Part shown: positions 36,911 to 47,959 of the stretch, piece by piece | How positions within the stretch are numbered: the first letter of the stretch is position 1 | Layout: every line of letters begins with the position of its first letter | Assembly (NCBI GenBank): GCA_043803405.1 | Contig: JAZDKB010000043.1 | Coordinates: 38,829 to 102,828, forward strand | From: Spirochaetota bacterium | GTDB lineage: Bacteria > Spirochaetota > UBA4802 > JAFGDQ01 | DNA length: 64,000 nt | Direction: 5' to 3' | The notes under the pieces: model-generated | The model's input: only the letters and a program-made list of their open reading frames with translations | Told to the model about the DNA's origin: nothing | The model's database searches: none | Position numbers and translations under genes: made by a program

Positions 36911-37642
36911 ATGAAAAAAATAATTCTGTCTTTAATAATACTACTTGCAGGCATAAGCCAGGTTAAAAGCGAGGACAATGAAGGTCTTCTTCGCGAGATA
37001 GACAGAAACCTTAACCCGGACTCTTATGAGTCATTGCGAAAGATCGTAAACATTGAACCCGACGGACGGAAGAAAGAGTACGTTCTATTCAGCCTTAAAA
37101 AAGGCACAGATAAAGTGATAGCTCTCTTCTTATCGCCCGCAAGCGATAAAGGGAGAAGTACTCTCCGGCTTGGAGACAACATGTGGCTTTATGTTCCCAA
37201 TGTAGGAAAACCCATCCGCATCACATCCCTTCAGTCCGTTATTGGCGGAGTATTCAATAATGCGGATATACTCGCGCTGGATTACAGCGCCGAATATAAT
37301 GTCGAAAAACTTGAAGAAAAAGGCGGACAGTATATTCTTAATCTCAAAGCAAAAAATAAAACCGTTGCTTATGACCGGATTCGTTTATGGGCGGATAAAG
37401 AAAAGAAATTACCTGTAAAAATAGAATGCATGACTGAAAAAAGCATGCTCATTAAAACCCTTACTTTTAAAAACATAAAAGACTTCGGGGGCGGAATAAT
37501 AAGGCCGTCGGTAATAGAGACAACAAGTCCTTTGTATAAAGGGTACAAGTCTTTGATGATTTTTTCAAAGATCAAACAAAGGACGGTCAAAGATGAAGTG
37601 TTCACGCTGTCGTTCATGCCCCGAGTGGAATCTTTGAGATAA
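36911..37642 (+). CDS. Outer-membrane lipoprotein-sorting (LolA-like) protein
   Basis: GGAGG RBS; MKKIILS signal; FLSPASDKGRSTLRLGDNMWLYVP. Confidence 0.8.
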   Translation: MKKIILSLIILLAGISQVKSEDNEGLLREIDRNLNPDSYESLRKIVNIEPDGRKKEYVLFSLKKGTDKVIALFLSPASDKGRSTLRLGDNMWLYVPNVGKPIRITSLQSVIGGVFNNADILALDYSAEYNVEKLEEKGGQYILNLKAKNKTVAYDRIRLWADKEKKLPVKIECMTEKSMLIKTLTFKNIKDFGGGIIRPSVIETTSPLYKGYKSLMIFSKIKQRTVKDEVFTLSFMPRVESLR

Positions 37643-37645
37643 ATA

Positions 37646-38953
37646 ATGAAATCTTTGTATGTCCTGTGCACATTCGTCCTTTTCTCTTTCATGGGAACAT
37701 TTTTATACGCTGAAGAAAACGCGGATTATGATTTCAACGATACGGAATTCGAAAAGAAGTTATTTTCTTTCGCCGGTTATTCAGAGTTTTTCCCTTCGCT
37801 TTTTATCGCGGACAGAAAGGCCGCACTTTACCGTCTTAAATATCATGACAATGATCCGGGAAATCCGTACGCGGACGCGTACGCAAGGCTGCAGCCCGAA
37901 GCAACACTCGAAAAAGGCATATTCAAGGCATTCGTCAGGGCAAATGGATACGCGGAATACGCTGAAAATGAATGGAATTACGACGCTCTTCTCTATGAAG
38001 GCTATGCCACACTCAAACCGAATGAGCATATAATAATAGACTCAGGGAAAAAAACAATGAAATGGGGCAAGGGTTACGCGTGGAACCCTGCCGCGTTTAT
38101 AGACAGGCCCAAAAATCCCGATGATCCCGAGCTCGCGAACGAAGGTTTCGTTATCGCCTCAACGGACTTTATTTTTAGCTTTAACAGCCCGTTAAAGACC
38201 GTTGCGCTTACTCCGGTTGCAGTGCCGGTATATAAAAAAATCAATGATGATTTCAGCGAAACCGAAGACTGGAACTATGCTGGGAAACTCTATCTGCTTT
38301 TTTTTGATACTGATATCGATATTATGTTCCTCGCGGGTGACAGCAGGGACGACCGGTACGGTGCCGATATTTCCAGGAACATAGGCACAAATTTTGAGAT
38401 ACACGGAGAATTCGCATATATCCCGGATTATACGAAACGTTATTTTGACAGCTCAGGTGTTGTGCGTGAGAAGATATTCAATGCCTCAAGCGTACTCGCA
38501 GGAATCAAGTACCTCACTGAGAAAGAAACTACTTATATTATCGAATATTACTATAACGGCACAGGCATGTCGAAGAACGACATGAAGAATTATTATAACT
38601 TTATTGACAGGGCATATTCCTCATATCTTGAGACCGGCAGTAAAACGCTTTTAAACAAGGCATCCATGATAACAGAAGGAAATTACGGCAAGATGAGCCC
38701 AATGAAAAATTATCTTTATGCCAGAATAAGCCAGAAAGAACCGTTTGATATTCTTTACTTTACTCCTGCACTTTCTTCAATAGTAAACATTGATGATTCG
38801 AGTTTTTCACTGACTCCGGAGTTGCTTTACACGGGTATCAATAATTTCGAATTCAGGTTCAGATACACCTGGCTGTATGGCAATGACAATTCGGAATACG
38901 GGGAAAAGCCCGCGGATCATAAATTTGATCTCCGCATACGCTATTTTTTTTAA
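37646..38953 (+). CDS. Putative outer-membrane beta-barrel protein
   Basis: Signal peptide, GKKTMKWGKGYAWNP, C-terminal aromatic DLRIRYFF. Confidence 0.7.
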   Translation: MKSLYVLCTFVLFSFMGTFLYAEENADYDFNDTEFEKKLFSFAGYSEFFPSLFIADRKAALYRLKYHDNDPGNPYADAYARLQPEATLEKGIFKAFVRANGYAEYAENEWNYDALLYEGYATLKPNEHIIIDSGKKTMKWGKGYAWNPAAFIDRPKNPDDPELANEGFVIASTDFIFSFNSPLKTVALTPVAVPVYKKINDDFSETEDWNYAGKLYLLFFDTDIDIMFLAGDSRDDRYGADISRNIGTNFEIHGEFAYIPDYTKRYFDSSGVVREKIFNASSVLAGIKYLTEKETTYIIEYYYNGTGMSKNDMKNYYNFIDRAYSSYLETGSKTLLNKASMITEGNYGKMSPMKNYLYARISQKEPFDILYFTPALSSIVNIDDSSFSLTPELLYTGINNFEFRFRYTWLYGNDNSEYGEKPADHKFDLRIRYFF

Positions 38954-39084
38954 AACCTTTTTGTTTAAAACTTTTCGTAATCTTCCTAATTTGCCTCTGT
39001 CCTGATATTAATTTTTCCTTTCTGAGCAAGCTTAGTGATAAAAAAATTAACGCTGGCTTTTTATTGAAAGTTTAAATTTATTTA

Positions 39085-39897
39085 CTATTGCAGTTTAACA
39101 GCTTCGACTTCCAGCCTCACCATGCTAACATGAGCCAGGCCGCACTCATCAAGAGGGAATTTTTGCAGGTACAGATTTATTGTCTTGTGAATAAAATCGT
39201 CCTGCTTTTCTTTCGGTATTCTGTCAGTATAAGGCATCCAGGTAGTTCTGAACCAGCCTGCAAGGCCTTCGGCTCCATGCTGTGTCATGTCCTTCCTTAT
39301 AAGTTCTGCGCGTACTAGTTCAAGGTCTGCCTGCTGCAGCCAGTCGCAATATTCATCAGGAGCAGGAAAATTATAAGGGAAAACAAATTCCTTAAAATAC
39401 TGCGCCCACTGTTTCTCTTCCATAAGTTTATGAGCAACCTCGATTATATCCTGTGCATTGCCTTTGCCGCCCATCTGAAACAATATCCTTCCGGATTGTT
39501 TCAAGCTTTTCTTTACTCCATCCAGAACAGCAGCCTGGTCTTTTATCCAGTGAAGTACAGCATTTGAAAACGCAATATCAAATTTATTTTCGAAGTCTAG
39601 TCTGGTTGCATCCATTTTAATGAAAAATAATTCAGGATATTTTTCCGGTGGGTGGTTCTTTTTTGCAAGGGCGATCATGTCAGCGGAGCTGTCAATGCCT
39701 GTAACGCTCCCACCGGCCAGATACGAACACAAAAGCGCAGTGACCTTCCCGTCACCGCACCCGATATCGAGTACAGACTCGCTGCCTTTCAGGTTCAGTT
39801 TGCCTGTAAGCTCCTTTGCCCACTTGTACTGTGCTTCGGACTGCTTTGCGTAATCCTCAGAGTCCCAGGTATACGATTTTTGATTCCCGTTGCTCAT
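39085..39897 (-). CDS. Class I SAM-dependent methyltransferase (Tam-like)
   Basis: VLDIGCGDG, GIDSS, FDIAFSNAVLHW. Confidence 0.9.
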   Translation of the reverse strand: MSNGNQKSYTWDSEDYAKQSEAQYKWAKELTGKLNLKGSESVLDIGCGDGKVTALLCSYLAGGSVTGIDSSADMIALAKKNHPPEKYPELFFIKMDATRLDFENKFDIAFSNAVLHWIKDQAAVLDGVKKSLKQSGRILFQMGGKGNAQDIIEVAHKLMEEKQWAQYFKEFVFPYNFPAPDEYCDWLQQADLELVRAELIRKDMTQHGAEGLAGWFRTTWMPYTDRIPKEKQDDFIHKTINLYLQKFPLDECGLAHVSMVRLEVEAVKLQ

Positions 39898-40117
39898 TCC
39901 GTTTATTTTAGCCTTCTTTTGATGCTCTGTGCATATACCTAATTATTATTAAGAGTTTATCTCAAAGTCTATTATGAGATCGTAATACGCGACAATATAG
40001 CAATATATATATTGGGATGACATCTAAATATTCAGCCAAAATCAATAAAAATAATGCTTATATTTTAGCAAATTTTTATATAAAGCATAATTTTGCCGCA
40101 GGTAGTTAAAAGGATAT

Positions 40118-40148
40118 AAAAAAAAACCCTGCAACAAACCAGGGCTTT
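40118..40148 (-). terminator. Terminator after tRNA-Gly
   Basis: Minus strand AAAGCCCTG-GTTTGTTG-CAGGGTTTTTTTTTT. Confidence 0.75.
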
Positions 40149-40151
40149 CTG

Positions 40152-40223
<72 letters not shown>

Positions 40224-40284
40224 TTATTATTTGAATAAGCAATATTATAAATATGAGTTTTTAATTTCAAGAATTATTTTTGAG

Positions 40285-40950
40285 CTACTGTTCAAGCACA
40301 AATTGAATAGGAAGCTGATACACCATTTTAACAGGCTTGCCCTTAACTTTACCTGGTCTGAATCGCAGCCTGTTCGCGACTTTTAAGGCAGCTTCATCAA
40401 AACCGAAGCCCGCAGGCTGGGAGACAACCTTTGCGCTTTTTACCGTTCCCCTTTCATCTATCTGCATCTGAAGAGTTACTGTTTTTCGGTAAATGTCTCT
40501 GGATCTTGCTTCCTGGGGGAAATAATCGTTCAAATCAAAATCGATTATTGCGATCGGAGGATGGTTAGTAAGTTCGGCAAACATGTACCCGTCGGGATCG
40601 GTTCCTGTTCCGGAAATCTTGTTTATGTTCACGTCCGCGTTCTCCGCGTCTGGTTTGTCCTTGCCCGTGCCCTCTATCCATTCTTCTTTTTGAACAGGTG
40701 CGGGATTTGTGTCTCCGCCCATCTGTATCGATGGCGGCAGGTCATAGAGAAAATCAACATCCACATTTTTATTTTGCATGTTATTCGCGTCAAAAATCTT
40801 ATCATCGTCTGAAGCGAATAAATGAATTTTTGGAAGATAATATATGCCGAAAATTGTTGCGTGCAGTATAAATGAAACAATAAAGCAGCGCCTGAACAGA
40901 TCCATTTGACGGAATTTTTGTATGATTATTTGATGTAAGCTTAATGTCAT
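40285..40950 (-). CDS. tonB: Energy transducer TonB
   Basis: N-terminal TM with SxxLH; C-terminal YFPQEAR..IDERG.V..GFDEAALKV..FRPG..G.PV. Confidence 0.85.
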   Translation of the reverse strand: MTLSLHQIIIQKFRQMDLFRRCFIVSFILHATIFGIYYLPKIHLFASDDDKIFDANNMQNKNVDVDFLYDLPPSIQMGGDTNPAPVQKEEWIEGTGKDKPDAENADVNINKISGTGTDPDGYMFAELTNHPPIAIIDFDLNDYFPQEARSRDIYRKTVTLQMQIDERGTVKSAKVVSQPAGFGFDEAALKVANRLRFRPGKVKGKPVKMVYQLPIQFVLEQ

Positions 40951-40965
40951 AACATGATTTGCTGT

Positions 40966-41367
40966 TTAGCGTTTAACAGATAATGCGATGCGGGTAACGC
41001 CTGCCTGGCGGATTAGCCCCATAACGCGCGCGATTTTTCCGTAAGGCAGCCTCTCATCGGCAGATAGCGTAACCCTCATGTTAGGTCTGTACTTTGCTTC
41101 CTGCGCGAGCTTTAAAACCATTTTTTCTTCAGTAGTCGGAGTGGTTTCCATCATAAGTTTGCCGTCAACAGTAAGGGCAATCTGCACCGACTGCTGCACA
41201 TTCGGATCGGCAGCATTGACCTTTGGAAGATTGATGTTTACGGATTCCATTTTTAGGAAATTGGCGGTTACCATAAATATTACAAGAAGCACAAGAAGAA
41301 CATCCACCATTGGCGTAATATTAATATAACCGATTTCATCATCATCACTGCCCGGTAAAAATGCCAT
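40966..41367 (-). CDS. exbD: Biopolymer transporter ExbD
   Basis: INITPMVDVLLVLLVIFMVT. Confidence 0.93.
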   Translation of the reverse strand: MAFLPGSDDDEIGYINITPMVDVLLVLLVIFMVTANFLKMESVNINLPKVNAADPNVQQSVQIALTVDGKLMMETTPTTEEKMVLKLAQEAKYRPNMRVTLSADERLPYGKIARVMGLIRQAGVTRIALSVKR

Positions 41368-41373
41368 AAGCTG

Positions 41374-42036
41374 TCACCTCTTTTCATTTCTGGATTTTAC
41401 AGCAGATTTTATTTTACCTGAACTTAGAGTCGCGCTTATCTCTTTGGAGAATATTTCCAGATGCTGTATGATAATTTTTACTTTTTTTGAAAAGTAATTG
41501 TTCGCCATAACAACCGGTATTGCGATAAAAAGCCCGAACGCGGTTGCGTAAAGCGCTTTGGATATGCTTCTCATAACGACTTCCGCGCCTGTGCTGCCGA
41601 GAGTCCCCAGACCGTAAAACGCTTTGATTACACCAAGCACAGTTCCCAGAAGCCCGATGAACGGTGCGTTGTTCCCCAGGGTGTTCAGTATAGTCAGCCG
41701 CTTTTCCATAAATATTTTTTCTTCTATTATTTTGCCAGCCATTAAATCCGCAAGCCCCTGTTCGTTTTCTTTTTCAATCGCGTGTTCAATTGTAAAGCGC
41801 GCGAATCTTGCATATACGTTATCGCCCGCTTCTTTAACCATGTTTGCGGCTGCCTTAAGATCGCGTGTTCTTAAAAGCTTAATCAGCTCTTCGGCAAATG
41901 CCGTGATTTTTTTGCTGGAATTTTTTCTAAAGATTATCGCTCTTTCAATGCCTACTGCCAAAGCCAGAATGCTGGCAAAAAATAGCATGATAAAAACAAA
42001 TGTTTCGCCGTAATCAACTAATATTAGTTCCGACAT
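41374..42036 (-). CDS. exbB: MotA/TolQ/ExbB proton channel
   Basis: APFIGLLGTVLGVI, ALYATAFGLFIAIP. Confidence 0.9.
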   Translation of the reverse strand: MSELILVDYGETFVFIMLFFASILALAVGIERAIIFRKNSSKKITAFAEELIKLLRTRDLKAAANMVKEAGDNVYARFARFTIEHAIEKENEQGLADLMAGKIIEEKIFMEKRLTILNTLGNNAPFIGLLGTVLGVIKAFYGLGTLGSTGAEVVMRSISKALYATAFGLFIAIPVVMANNYFSKKVKIIIQHLEIFSKEISATLSSGKIKSAVKSRNEKR

Positions 42037-42267
42037 ATACTCTCTCTTGAAAAATTATTAGGACTTACTCTAAGCATCCTGCCAATTTAAATACTGCATT
42101 AGCTGTCGCGCAATCAAAAAATATATAAATTTTTCACCTGATATATTAAAAATTTAATAAAATAAATTATCAATATTTTGAATAATACTTGATTACAATT
42201 ATCAAAAAATATATAATTTATATATAAAAAAATTAAAATTGTTATTTTTAAGACTTTTGCATTTTTC

Positions 42268-44650
42268 CATGAAAAAAACAAAAGAAAAAATAATAAAAAA
42301 AAACGCCAGCAATACGATTTGTAAACCTCTATCCGACAATAATCTGTTATACAGCAATGCAGAACAATACCGCATTATTACAGGCACTTCCATGGACGGC
42401 TTTTGGGCAGTCGATATGGAAGGCGGTCATTTTAAAGATGTTAATGAAGCTTTTTCCCGCATGATAGGATACAGCAGAGATGAACTGCTTTCAATGTCCG
42501 TCCCCGATATTGTGACTGTGGAAACTCCGGCTGAGATTCAGGAGCATATCCGGAAAATAATAAAAACCGGTTCCGATTTTTTTGAATGGCAATTCAGATG
42601 CAAAGACGGCCGTATAATTGATGTTGAAGTTAGCGCGACTTATTACAGCCAGTTGAAACAACTTTTAATTTTCCAGCGCGATATAACAAAACGCAAGCAG
42701 GCGGAAGAAGCATTACGTGCAAGCGAGGAACGTTACAGGCAATTGGTAGAGACTGTAACCGATTATATTTACACAGTAAAGATTGAGAACGGCAGGCCGG
42801 TAGCTTCTGCACATAGTCCCGGATGTATTGCAGTAACAGGGTATTCGGCAGAGGAGTATGAATCTGATCCGTATCTGTGGTATAAAATGATCCATAAGGA
42901 TGACAGGGAGGCAGTTACGGAGCAGACAGCCGCCATATTTTTAAAAAGAGAAGCATTCCCGCTGGAACACCGGATTATTCACAAGGATGGCAAAGTCCGA
43001 TGGGTGAGAAATATGCCGGTCCCGATATATGAAAACGATACACTTGTTTCCTGCGACGGCCTTATCAGCGACATTACCGAACGCAAATATGCAGAGGAAG
43101 CTCTGCACATAAGCAAAGAGAAATACCGTAATATATTCGAGAGGGCAATAGAAGGGATTTTTCAATGTTCATTTGAAGGCAAATTTATCAGTGTTAATCC
43201 CTCATTTGCAAAAATGCTCAGATATGAATCTCCTGACGATCTTATTGCAAATATCAGGAGTATCCGGAATCAGCTGTTTATACATCCCGAGGAAAGCAGC
43301 TCTTTCCTGGTGGCGCTTAAACAGGCAGGGACTCTGTTCGGGTTTGAACATCAGTTTTACCGGAAAGACGGCACAAAAATATGGATATCGTCAAATGTAA
43401 ATCTAATCCGCAATTCAAACGGCAAAAGCCTGTATATTGAAGGCACATCAATTGATATCACTGAACGCAAACAGGCTGAAGAGGAGCGGGAGAAGCTCCA
43501 GTCGCAGCTGCGCCAGGCACAGAAGATGGAAGCTATAGGGACATTTGTTGGCGGGATAGCTCATGATTTCAATAATATTCTGAGCATTATTATAGGTTAT
43601 GCAACCCTGCTTCAAATGGAACTCGATGAGAATACGGAACTGCACTCTTATGCAGATCTTATACTTTCTTCATCGGAAAAGGCAGCTAACCTGACAAAAG
43701 GCCTTTTAGCTTTCAGCAGGAAACAGCCGATGAATTTAAGGCCGTTAAAACTGAATGAGCATATAAAAGGAACTGAAAAAATTTTAAAACGTCTTTTAAC
43801 TGAAGATATTGTTTTTAAAAAGATTCTAACAAAAGAAAACACCACAATAATAGGAGATACTACACAGATAGACCAGATATTATTCAATCTCGTAACCAAT
43901 GCAAGAGATGCAATGCCGAAGGGAGGAAAATTAATCATCGAAACCGCTCTTGCGGTTTTTGATAAGGAGTTTCCCAGTCTAATCGGGATCGGTAAGCCGG
44001 GAAAATATATTTTAATAACAGTTTCCGATACGGGAGCCGGAATTGATGAAAAGACAAGGGAGCATATTTTTGATCCTTTTTTTACTACAAAAGAAGTCGG
44101 CAAAGGCACAGGCCTCGGTCTTTCAACTGTGTATGGAATCGTCAAGCAGCTGAACGGCTATATAAATGTGATCAGTATGCCTGGCATGGGCACTTCTTTT
44201 AATATTTTTTTTCCCGTCGCTTCGGGGCCGGTTAAGGAAAAAAAATCCGCAGCCAGAAAAATTAAAAAGGGACATGAGAAAATTATCATTGCAGAGGATA
44301 ATGAACAGGTAAGGCTGCTTGTAAAAAAAATTCTGGGCAAATACGGATATGCTATAGTTGAAGCAGTCGATGGTGAAGATGCTGTGGAAAAATTCAGGAA
44401 GAATTCAAATGCAGATCTTTTAATTATTGATTCAGTAATGCCGAAAAAAAACGGCAGGGATATTTATAATGAAATAATTAAAATAAAACCGGGCGTTAAA
44501 ACGCTTTTTACAAGCGGATATACACGGGATGTTATTCTCGACAAGGGTATTGAAGATAAAGAATTTGATTTTATTTCAAAACCCATAACACCGGCTAAAT
44601 TGCTAAATAAAGTCAGGGAGATCCTCGATAGGGAGAGGTTGAAGAACTAA
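42268..44650 (+). CDS. Cytoplasmic multi-PAS hybrid histidine kinase (PAS x3-HisKA-HATPase-REC)
   Basis: PAS/PAC 'DITERK' repeats, QAQKMEAIG..AHDFNN, DPFFTTK..GTGLGL, C-terminal receiver. The ORF track starts at 42239; ATG 42268 is plausible. Confidence 0.93.
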
Positions 44651-44828
44651 TCCGCATCCTGAAAAATGCCTTACATGCAATCTAATTATTTTCTTGATTA
44701 TGGTGATAAAGAACACTATATTATATTCATAAAGATTAAAGATTTTCCCTTCCTGCATGATTTCATGCTGCTGAGCAGTTTTACTGTTTAGATAAGATTG
44801 GGTTTCTTTTAAACTGTTCTGCTTAATT

Positions 44829-47800
44829 ATGAAAGAAAAACAAACGAAAAAGACCGGCGTTAAGCGCAGATCGTCCTTACAGTCTTTGCAAATGAGTGAA
44901 GAACGGCTGGCGCTTGCCCTTGAAGCCACTGGCAATGCTTTGTTCGATTACAATGCAAAATCCGGAGTGTTCTATTTAAGCCCGGAGTTGTGTGCTATGA
45001 TCGGATACGGACCGGATGAGTTATCTTCTTCATTTGATTCACTGATAAGCCTTGTCCATCCTGACGATAAAGAATCCTTAGCCAATATTTTCCTTCAGTA
45101 TAACGAGAACCTCAGAGATAAACACGAAATTAAAATCCGCATAAAAACAAAAAAAGGCAAATGGCGATGGATATTAAGCCGCGGGATCATAGTATCGCGC
45201 GACAGGAAAAAACGCGCACTCAGAATAGTGGGGACTCATGCGGATATTACTGAGTTTCAGGAAGCTGAAAAAATATCCGGAGAGAATGAAGAGCGTTTTA
45301 AAGTAATTTCGCGTACGATCAATGAAATGATTTATGACTGGGATCTGGATTCAAGAACCGCATGGCTCAGCGAAGCTTACCAGGCTTTGTTCGGATATTC
45401 TGAGAATTACGTAAAATACAACTGGTGGTTCGATAAAATTCATCCGGACGACAGGGAGCTTGTAAATTCGGACATTACTGAATTATTCGAAGGCAATAAG
45501 CAAAAAATGTCCTTTGAATACCGCTTCCTGAAAGCCGATGGATCTTACGCATATATACTCGATAGCGCATTTTTATTGCGTGATATAAAAGGAAATCCAA
45601 GCCGGATTATCGGCGCAATGATGGATATTACGGGACTTAAACAGGCCGAAAATGCGCTAAGAAGAAGCGAGGCTACATTGCGATCCATAATTTCCACAGC
45701 GCCTGTCGGCATTTCGCTTCTCAGCAAGGACAGAAAATTGCTGTGGGTAAATGACAGAAACGCTACTATCGCGGGTTTTACCCTGAAAGAGCTCAGCAAA
45801 GATGTCAGACAGATGTATCTTAATGAAGAAGAATATATACGGGTAGGGGAGGTTATTTATAACGAAGTCTGGAAAGGTAATATCGGGGAAACTGATACGA
45901 AGTGGATACATAAAGACGGCAGGGTGCTGGATATTCATTTAAGCGTTGCAGCCATTGATCCGAATGACAGATCAGCAGGCGTTGTATTTATTACGCAGGA
46001 CATTACCGAACGAAAGCGCGTTGAAGAGAGCCTTAAGGCGAGTGAAGAACGCTTTAAGCAGCTTGTTGAATCAGTAACCGATTATATTTACACTGTTAAG
46101 ATAGAGAACGGCAGGCCGGTTGCCACAACACATAGCCCGGGCTGTATTACAGTGACCGGATATTCCAGCAATGAGTATGAAAACAATCCGCTGTTGTGGT
46201 ATAATATGATTTATGAAGAAGACAAAGAATCTGTTTTAAAGCAGACCGCTGCTGTGCTTTCCGGGAAAACTGCTGAACCTCTGGAACACCGCATTATACA
46301 CAAGAACAGCAATGTCCGATGGGTTAGAAATACGCCTGTGCCACGATTCGAAAACGGAAAGCTTTGTGCTTACGACGGTTTGATCAGTGATATAACCGAA
46401 CGCAAGCATGCTGAAGAAGCATTAAGGATCAGCGAAGAAAAATACCGCGATATATTTGAGAGGTCAGTGGAGGGGATTTTTCAAAGCAGTCCGCAGGGAA
46501 AATTTCTTAATGTGAATCCTTCACTTGCATTAATTTTCGGATATGAATCACCCGAAGAAATGATAGCAACTATTGAAGATATTGGCAACCAGGTTTATGT
46601 TTATTCCGATGAACGGTTAAAATTCAAAGCAGCCATAGAAGAATCGGGTAAAGTAGTAGGCTTTAAGCATCTCGCCTATAGGAAAGATAAAAGTAAAATC
46701 TGGATATCGTTAAATGTTCGTATTGTCCGTGATGACAGGGGAAAAATGCTGTATTACGAAGGCACTGCGCTTGATATCACAAGACAAAAACATATTGAAG
46801 AAGAAAGAGAAAAACTTCAGTCTCAGCTCCGACAGGCGCAGAAGATGGAAGCAATCGGTACATTTGTCGGAGGCATTGCCCATGACTTTAATAATATATT
46901 GAGCGTAATACTTGGTTATGGATCGCTTTTACAAATGGGCATAAGCAATGATGATCCCATGCATAAATATGTTGATCTGATTGTTACCACATCCGAGAAA
47001 GCGGCTAATCTTACCAAAGGGCTTTTGGCGTTCAGCAGGAAGCAGCCTGTTGATCTGAAACCTGTAAATCTGAACGAAATAATAATAGGAACTAAAGGAC
47101 TTTTAAAACGCCTGATTACGGACGATATTATCCTTGCGGAAAATTTTACAACTGATAATACTACCATTATGGGCGATGTCAGCCAGATCGACCAGGTATT
47201 GTTCAACCTTGCAACTAACGCTAAGGATGCTATGCCTAACGGAGGAACATTGACACTGGAAACAAGATGCATTGAACTGGATGAAGATTTTTCGTATATA
47301 CTGAAGTCCGGAAAAGCGGGTAAGTATGTATTGCTTTCTTTTTCAGATACCGGCACAGGAATAGACAAAGACATAAGAGAACATATATTCGATCCTTTTT
47401 TTACAACCAAGGAAGTCGGGAAAGGAACCGGGCTTGGGCTGTCCACTGTTTACGGCATTATTAATCAGCATGGCGGTCATATTAATATATACAGCGAGCC
47501 CGGCATTGGAACGACATTTCATATTTATTTTCCGGCATTAGGTGCAAATGTTGAAAGAGAAAATTTACCGGCTTCTGAAATAAGAGAGGGAAAAGAGACA
47601 ATACTTTTGGCCGAAGACAATGATAATGTAAGACAGCTTTTAAAAACAGTGCTGGAAGCGCATGGTTATTCAATCATAGAAGCAGTAGACGGCGAAGACG
47701 CAATAATGAAATTCAAAAATAATAAAAATATCGATCTTTGTATTATAGACTCAGTTATGCCGAAGAAAAACGGAAGACAGGTATATGACGAAGTTATAAA

Positions 47801-47957
47801 AATAAAGCCGGACATTAAAGTGCTTTTTACAAGCGGTTACACAAGGGATATTGTTCTCGATAAAGGCATTGAAGAGAAGGAATTCAATTTTCTTTCAAAG
47901 CCTTTAATGCCGAATGAATTGCTGCAAAAAGTGGGGGAAATACTGGATAATAAATAA
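44829..47957 (+). CDS. Cytoplasmic multi-PAS hybrid histidine kinase (PAS x5-HisKA-HATPase-REC)
   Basis: Same motifs as the upstream paralog, with additional N-terminal PAS domains. Confidence 0.94.
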   Translation: MKEKQTKKTGVKRRSSLQSLQMSEERLALALEATGNALFDYNAKSGVFYLSPELCAMIGYGPDELSSSFDSLISLVHPDDKESLANIFLQYNENLRDKHEIKIRIKTKKGKWRWILSRGIIVSRDRKKRALRIVGTHADITEFQEAEKISGENEERFKVISRTINEMIYDWDLDSRTAWLSEAYQALFGYSENYVKYNWWFDKIHPDDRELVNSDITELFEGNKQKMSFEYRFLKADGSYAYILDSAFLLRDIKGNPSRIIGAMMDITGLKQAENALRRSEATLRSIISTAPVGISLLSKDRKLLWVNDRNATIAGFTLKELSKDVRQMYLNEEEYIRVGEVIYNEVWKGNIGETDTKWIHKDGRVLDIHLSVAAIDPNDRSAGVVFITQDITERKRVEESLKASEERFKQLVESVTDYIYTVKIENGRPVATTHSPGCITVTGYSSNEYENNPLLWYNMIYEEDKESVLKQTAAVLSGKTAEPLEHRIIHKNSNVRWVRNTPVPRFENGKLCAYDGLISDITERKHAEEALRISEEKYRDIFERSVEGIFQSSPQGKFLNVNPSLALIFGYESPEEMIATIEDIGNQVYVYSDERLKFKAAIEESGKVVGFKHLAYRKDKSKIWISLNVRIVRDDRGKMLYYEGTALDITRQKHIEEEREKLQSQLRQAQKMEAIGTFVGGIAHDFNNILSVILGYGSLLQMGISNDDPMHKYVDLIVTTSEKAANLTKGLLAFSRKQPVDLKPVNLNEIIIGTKGLLKRLITDDIILAENFTTDNTTIMGDVSQIDQVLFNLATNAKDAMPNGGTLTLETRCIELDEDFSYILKSGKAGKYVLLSFSDTGTGIDKDIREHIFDPFFTTKEVGKGTGLGLSTVYGIINQHGGHINIYSEPGIGTTFHIYFPALGANVERENLPASEIREGKETILLAEDNDNVRQLLKTVLEAHGYSIIEAVDGEDAIMKFKNNKNIDLCIIDSVMPKKNGRQVYDEVIKIKPDIKVLFTSGYTRDIVLDKGIEEKEFNFLSKPLMPNELLQKVGEILDNK

Positions 47958-47959
47958 GT

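Noticed and set aside
39085..39897. Arsenite methyltransferase ArsM
   Set aside because: Lacks the ArsM Cys motifs (GCGxP, SNCV); the FSNAVLHW motif points to Tam-like methyltransferases.
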